Shown piece after piece: positions 59,727-64,000 of a stretch of 64,000 nucleotides of DNA; within the stretch, counting starts at the first letter, position 1; the number at the start of each line of letters is the position of its first letter. The position numbers were made by a program, and so were the translations under genes. The notes beneath the pieces were generated by a model that was not told the origin of the DNA, searched no databases, and saw nothing but the letters and a program-made list of their open reading frames with translations. The stretch is from Trueperaceae bacterium (GTDB lineage Bacteria; Deinococcota; Deinococci; Deinococcales; Trueperaceae), in contig CBDCDZ010000004.1 of the NCBI GenBank assembly GCA_965215565.1, forward strand, positions 736,001-800,000. The letters run 5' to 3'.

Positions 59727-60470
59727 TCAACCTCCCAGCAGAACCTGAAACACGGTCATCGCGGCGACGGCTACCGTGACGACGATGCCCACGTGGTTCC
59801 CCGGCGCGTTCTCTAAAGATTCGGGCAGAAGTTCAGAAAACGCCATCCAGATCATCGCACCTGCGGCTAAGCCTAAACCAACCGGCAAGAAGGGCTCGAA
59901 CACCTCGACGAAGAGGTACGCTGGGACCGCCAAGAGGGGTTGGGGAAGGCTCGAGACGACACTCCAGAACGCCGCGCGCCGCGCCGAGACCCCTTCGGGC
60001 ACGAGCACGAGCGAGATTGCCAGACCTTCGGGCACGTTGTGCAAGGCTATTGCCGCCGTGATAAAGACGCCGAACGCCTGCCCGCCGCCAAACGACACGC
60101 CGACGCCGATGCCCTCGGCGAAGGAGTGCAGCGTCATTACCCCTACGATGAGGAGCGAGCGCAACGCGCCCGCGCCGTGTAACTCGCCGATATTCGGCTC
60201 GCCGCCGCGCCTTTCTAGTAGCCAGCGCGTCACGACGATAAAGGCGAGCCCCAAGAGGATGCCAAGCACCACGCGGGGCATCCCGTAGGCGAGACCCTCG
60301 TAGATGAGGTTAAAGCTCGCCGCGAGCATGAGCCCGGCTGCGCCCGCGTTGGCGAGCCCTAGCGTCCTTTTGGATACCTCTTTGACAAAGAAGAAGGGGA
60401 GCGCACCTAGCCCCGTCGCAACTGCTGTAAGTGAGGCGTAGAAAAAGACCGTCCAGACCGAAATGTCCAT
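59727..60470 (-). CDS. ZIP-family (ZupT/GufA) metal transporter
   Basis: ATGLGALP, LHSFAEG, LHNVPEGLA, ELLPE; GAGGAG RBS before ATG 60470. Confidence 0.9.
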   Translation of the reverse strand: MDISVWTVFFYASLTAVATGLGALPFFFVKEVSKRTLGLANAGAAGLMLAASFNLIYEGLAYGMPRVVLGILLGLAFIVVTRWLLERRGGEPNIGELHGAGALRSLLIVGVMTLHSFAEGIGVGVSFGGGQAFGVFITAAIALHNVPEGLAISLVLVPEGVSARRAAFWSVVSSLPQPLLAVPAYLFVEVFEPFLPVGLGLAAGAMIWMAFSELLPESLENAPGNHVGIVVTVAVAAMTVFQVLLGG

Positions 60471-60819
60471 ACAACTCCTCGCGTCCGACCTCTTCAGCTC
60501 GAGCCCCAAGCCACACCGAGTCAACGCTTCAAGCCCGACGAACCCGACGAAGAGGTCAACGTCACAACTATAAGTCGGAACCATTATGATTTCAATTTGC
60601 ATTAAAGCGATGGGAATACTCAGGATTGAGAGGAGCAGAAGCAAGGAGCAAGAAGTGAGACTTAGGAAAGGCTAAGTCCTGCTCTCTACTTTAGGGTAAG
60701 CACACCGCCACATTGTCGACGAGGTCTTGACGCCTAGTTTTCTATGTCGCTCCGTTTACGAAGTCGGACACTCCTCGCTTCCCACTTCCAGTAGCACCTG
60801 TGCTACACTGCTCTCACAC

Positions 60820-61329
60820 ATGTTGCATCTGGAGGAAAAGCAAGTTTACGTCGTGATGGGCGTCTCCGGCTCCGGCAAATCAGCCGTCGGCGCGCGCTTA
60901 GCTGAGCGCTTGGGCTGGCGCTTCCTCGACGCTGACGACTTTCATCCCGAGGCGAACGTCGACAAGATGTCGCGCGGCGAACCCTTGGATGACGCCGACC
61001 GCGCGCCCTGGCTGACGCGGCTGCGCGAGCTTATCGAAACGCATCTGGAGGAGGACGCGCCGCTCATTCTCGCCTGCTCCGCGCTTAAAGAGCGCTACCG
61101 GGAGCGGCTGCGCTTCGACAGGCGCGTGGGGTTCATCTATCTGGAGGGAGACTTTGATCTCATTCAGGAGCGGATGAACTCGAGAGGCGATCACTTCATG
61201 AAAACGGAGATGTTGGAGAGTCAGTTCGAAGCCCTAGAGGAACCCGACCCCGGCGACGCGGTGCGCGTGGATGTTTCGCCCTCTTTAGAAGAGGTCGTGG
61301 AGAACGTGGCCTCGAGGTTGAGAGGTTAA
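60820..61329 (+). CDS. gntK: Gluconokinase
   Basis: MGVSGSGKS, DADDFHP, LDDADRAPWL, ACSALKERYR, SQFEALEEP. Confidence 0.92.
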   Translation: MLHLEEKQVYVVMGVSGSGKSAVGARLAERLGWRFLDADDFHPEANVDKMSRGEPLDDADRAPWLTRLRELIETHLEEDAPLILACSALKERYRERLRFDRRVGFIYLEGDFDLIQERMNSRGDHFMKTEMLESQFEALEEPDPGDAVRVDVSPSLEEVVENVASRLRG

Positions 61330-61380
61330 GGGGGCCTTTAAGTTAAGCTCACGCACAGCTTCAACTATCAGAAACTTCAC

Positions 61381-62835
61381 ATGTATCACATCGTCAGCGG
61401 GCGCTACGGCGCTACAATGGTGAGGATGCTTTTGTCAAGGTGCCACCTAAACAGGCTACTCCTCATTCTGCTGACGCTCCTTAGCGTAAACGGGGCGGCG
61501 GCGCAACTCAGCGGCGAGGCGCTCGTAACGCTGCAAGAGGGGCAAGCGGCTGCTGAGAAGGCCAGGGCGACGTACGTGGGCGTGAGCAGCCCTGACCAAC
61601 CGCTGTGGCGCGAGGCGATCCGCTTCGGCGAGCAGGCGCTGAGGCTCCAACCGGGCGCGCCCGAGGTGCTCCGCTTCCTCGCGGAGACGTACAGCGACCT
61701 CTCCTGGGACGTGCGCGCCTGGGACTACGGGCAGCGTTTTTTGGAGGCGGGTGGCGAACTCGACGGGGCGCTTGTAGAGGACTTGCTCGGGGCGGGCACT
61801 CAACTCGGCTACGCCCGCTACAACGCCGGTGATTTGGCAGGCGCGGCAAACTATTTCGAAGAGGTCTTAGCGCTCGACGCACAAAGCGCCGTGCCGAACG
61901 TCTGGCTCGGGCGCATCTATCTGGAGCAGGGCGAGCCTACGAGGGCGCTTCCCTACTGGCAGGCTGCCGCCGAACTCTCACCGGATGACGAAGGCGTGCA
62001 GTTCTACCTCTCGCAGACCGAGGCGCAGCTCGAGTTCGGCGCAGCCGCAGGTGGCGCGTTTCAAAGAGGTCTGCAGGCCTATGACGAAGGGCGCTTAGAG
62101 GACGCGCTCACCCTCTTTGAAGAGGCGACTAGGGCGAATCCCGACTATAAGCAAGCCTTCGTATGGGCGGGGCGCACGAGTTTAGAGCTTGGCTATTCCG
62201 AAGCGGCGAAAGAGTACTGGCAGCGCGTTTTAGACCTCGATCCCGAGGAGAGCCGTGCGCGCTACTTCATTGCGCGGGCAGACGACCAGCTCAGGTGGGG
62301 CGCGGAAGCCGTGCTGACCTTTCAAGAGGGGACGCGCCTCTACAGCGAGGGCAGCTTAGAGGCGGCGGGCGACGCCTTCGCCGAGGCGAGCCGCGCGAAC
62401 CCGCAGTACCAAGAGGCGGCGGCTCGGGCGGCGCAGAGCTACCAGGAGGCGGGCAAGCCGCAGCAAGCCGTCCCCTTCTGGGAGCGCGTCGTCACCCTCG
62501 ACCCGGACAACACGAGAGCCGCGTACTTCTTAGACCTCGCCCGCAACCAGAGTGGCTACGGAGCGGAAGCGGTAAGCGCCTTTAACCGGGGCGTCAGCGC
62601 CTACCAAAACGTGAACTTAGAGGCGGCGCAAACGGCGTTTGAGGCGGCGGTGGCGGCGCGCTCTACCTACGCCGACGCCTGGGCGTGGCTCGGGCGCATC
62701 CACTTCGACAGAGGTGAATACAGCGCCGCCGCGAGCGACTACCGCCGCGCTTTAGCGCTCGTTCCCGACGACAACTCATACCGCTTTTTTGCAGAAGAGG
62801 CGGCGCGACTCGCCGACGACGAGGCGAGTAATTAA
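61381..62835 (+). CDS. Exported tetratricopeptide-repeat protein (true start probably 61417 or 61426)
   Basis: Signal-like N-terminus; repeated WLGR...YWQ...LDP TPR units. Confidence 0.85.
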   Translation: MYHIVSGRYGATMVRMLLSRCHLNRLLLILLTLLSVNGAAAQLSGEALVTLQEGQAAAEKARATYVGVSSPDQPLWREAIRFGEQALRLQPGAPEVLRFLAETYSDLSWDVRAWDYGQRFLEAGGELDGALVEDLLGAGTQLGYARYNAGDLAGAANYFEEVLALDAQSAVPNVWLGRIYLEQGEPTRALPYWQAAAELSPDDEGVQFYLSQTEAQLEFGAAAGGAFQRGLQAYDEGRLEDALTLFEEATRANPDYKQAFVWAGRTSLELGYSEAAKEYWQRVLDLDPEESRARYFIARADDQLRWGAEAVLTFQEGTRLYSEGSLEAAGDAFAEASRANPQYQEAAARAAQSYQEAGKPQQAVPFWERVVTLDPDNTRAAYFLDLARNQSGYGAEAVSAFNRGVSAYQNVNLEAAQTAFEAAVAARSTYADAWAWLGRIHFDRGEYSAAASDYRRALALVPDDNSYRFFAEEAARLADDEASN

Positions 62836-62897
62836 GGCTGACCTCTTAAACTCGGCACAACATTTGTCTGGTGCTCTAGTAGAATTACGAATATTAG

Positions 62898-63107
62898 TAG
62901 CAGGTATCAAAGTCTGTCTCGCAAAGCTCGGTTCACGTTAGTACTCGCGCAGCGATGGTGGTTTGAAACACTCGTACTTTTGAGAATGTTGTGTAGCACG
63001 CACATTCTGAGATGAAATCCCGCAACGGCAGGGCGGCCTGCCCGTAACGCTAGTCCTTACGGACAGAGATCTGCGCTCATCCGTCTCAGTATGTTCTGGA
63101 ATTGCTG
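62898..63107 (-). mobile_element. MITE family A, copy 5 (with nested inserts)
   Basis: Reverse-complement homologue of 50996-51130, with a 27-bp and an about 47-bp addition. Confidence 0.75.
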
Positions 63108-63167
63108 TAGGATGAAGCATCGGAAATCCGTGGGGCACTGTAGAGAATTCGCGCACGTCCCCTCTGT

Positions 63168-63299
63168 TAGCAGGTTACTTCGTATAGCTTCGCTCAATCA
63201 TCTGGTTTGAAACACAACCACTTGAGAGAACATAGTGGAGCACGCACGTTCAGGGATGATATCCGCGGCACTTTGTCTCAGTATGTCGTGGAACTGCTG
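63168..63299 (-). mobile_element. MITE family A, copy 6 (with an about 21-bp insert)
   Basis: TAGCAGGT[insert]ATCATCTGGTTTGAAACAC...GTCTCAGTATG...GGAACTGCTG. Confidence 0.75.
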
Positions 63300-63387
63300 C
63301 GTAATTTAGCTTTTGTTCCCCTGAGTAACCCGAGACGTTATAAAAATTCCATCTCGTTATCGCCGCACGTAGTGATAGCGTGCCTCT

Positions 63388-63900
63388 ATGCGTACGATTG
63401 CCCTGCGCGTGGCTGCCCTCGCACTTCTCCTCCTCCTTACCCTCGTTTCTGTAATTACGGTTCGGATGCTCAACAGGCTGCCTAACAGCATCGTCTACTA
63501 CGTCAAATCGCAAGAGACTGCCTTCACCTTGGAGGGCGTGCGCCGCCGTTTCGACGCGGACACGCCCGAAAAGAGGTTAGAAGCGGCGCTACAGGCGTTA
63601 ATCGAGGGGACAGATGAGGCGGGGCTCTGGGGCGCTTTTCCAGCCGACACAGAGGTGAGGAGGCTCGAGTTGGACGGTAAAACCGTCACCGTTGACCTCT
63701 CGGAAGCGTTCACTGAAGGCGGCGGCGCGTCAATGCTCGGGCGGCTCAACCAGCTTTTTTACACGCTGACGCAGCCGACAAACGTTGAGCGCGTCTCTTT
63801 ACGCATCGAAGGCGAAAGCGTAGAGGCGCTAGGCGGCGAAGGCATCCCCGTGCCGCAACCTTGGATAGAGCCAGAGGAGAGGACGCTGCCGACGTGGTAG
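63388..63900 (+). CDS. GerMN-domain membrane-anchored protein
   Basis: N-terminal TM; ALQALIEG, VDLSEAFTEGGG, QLFYTLTQ, LGGEG. Confidence 0.85.
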   Translation: MRTIALRVAALALLLLLTLVSVITVRMLNRLPNSIVYYVKSQETAFTLEGVRRRFDADTPEKRLEAALQALIEGTDEAGLWGAFPADTEVRRLELDGKTVTVDLSEAFTEGGGASMLGRLNQLFYTLTQPTNVERVSLRIEGESVEALGGEGIPVPQPWIEPEERTLPTW

Positions 63901-64000
63901 GCGTGCCTCTCCTCTGAGTTTGCTCATTCACCTGTCACGCGCTTAAAGCTGGCTCATCCCCCCGTCCGCCGTGATTTCTGTGCCCACAATAAAAGGGGCG

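Noticed and set aside
46362..63156. Apparent paralogous peptides (..HTETDER..) in ORFs 46362-46811 and 62938-63156
   Set aside because: The similarity is simply translated MITE family A sequence
126..63931. Numerous 60-220-aa ORFs overlapping or antisense to recognised genes (e.g. 1421-1921, 16934-17485, 25263-25931)
   Set aside because: Shadow ORFs expected in GC-rich DNA; no motifs or RBS, and they lie on confidently assigned genes
1..64000. CRISPR array, rRNA or tRNA genes
   Set aside because: No regularly spaced 25-40-bp repeats with unique spacers and no tRNA or rRNA signatures seen; the repeats are dispersed and palindromic

Overview
This is a GC-rich bacterial chromosomal window, most consistent with a Deinococcota (Truepera/Deinococcus-like) genome: Taq-type PolA, a Deinococcus-type CrtO, and many apparently leaderless genes. 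It carries about 50 CDS, including polA, glmM, glgP, valS, surE, crtO, a rearranged ebo cluster lacking a recognisable eboA, and an alkaline phosphatase followed by a Zrg-like ABC module split by a YefM-YoeB toxin-antitoxin pair. A Val T-box leads a methyltransferase-valS unit. There is also a decayed IS5-family element and a dinB stub. No rRNA, tRNA or CRISPR array was seen. The most unusual signal is intergenic: several MITE-like families (about 80-260 bp), plus very small (about 20-27 bp) hairpin-bearing elements inserted cleanly into the IS5 transposase, into a heptamer repeat, and repeatedly at one motif (GCAGGTATCATC) inside the main MITE. Two promoter-to-hairpin non-coding units are sRNA candidates. 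All calls are by-eye motif recognition; no database search was run.
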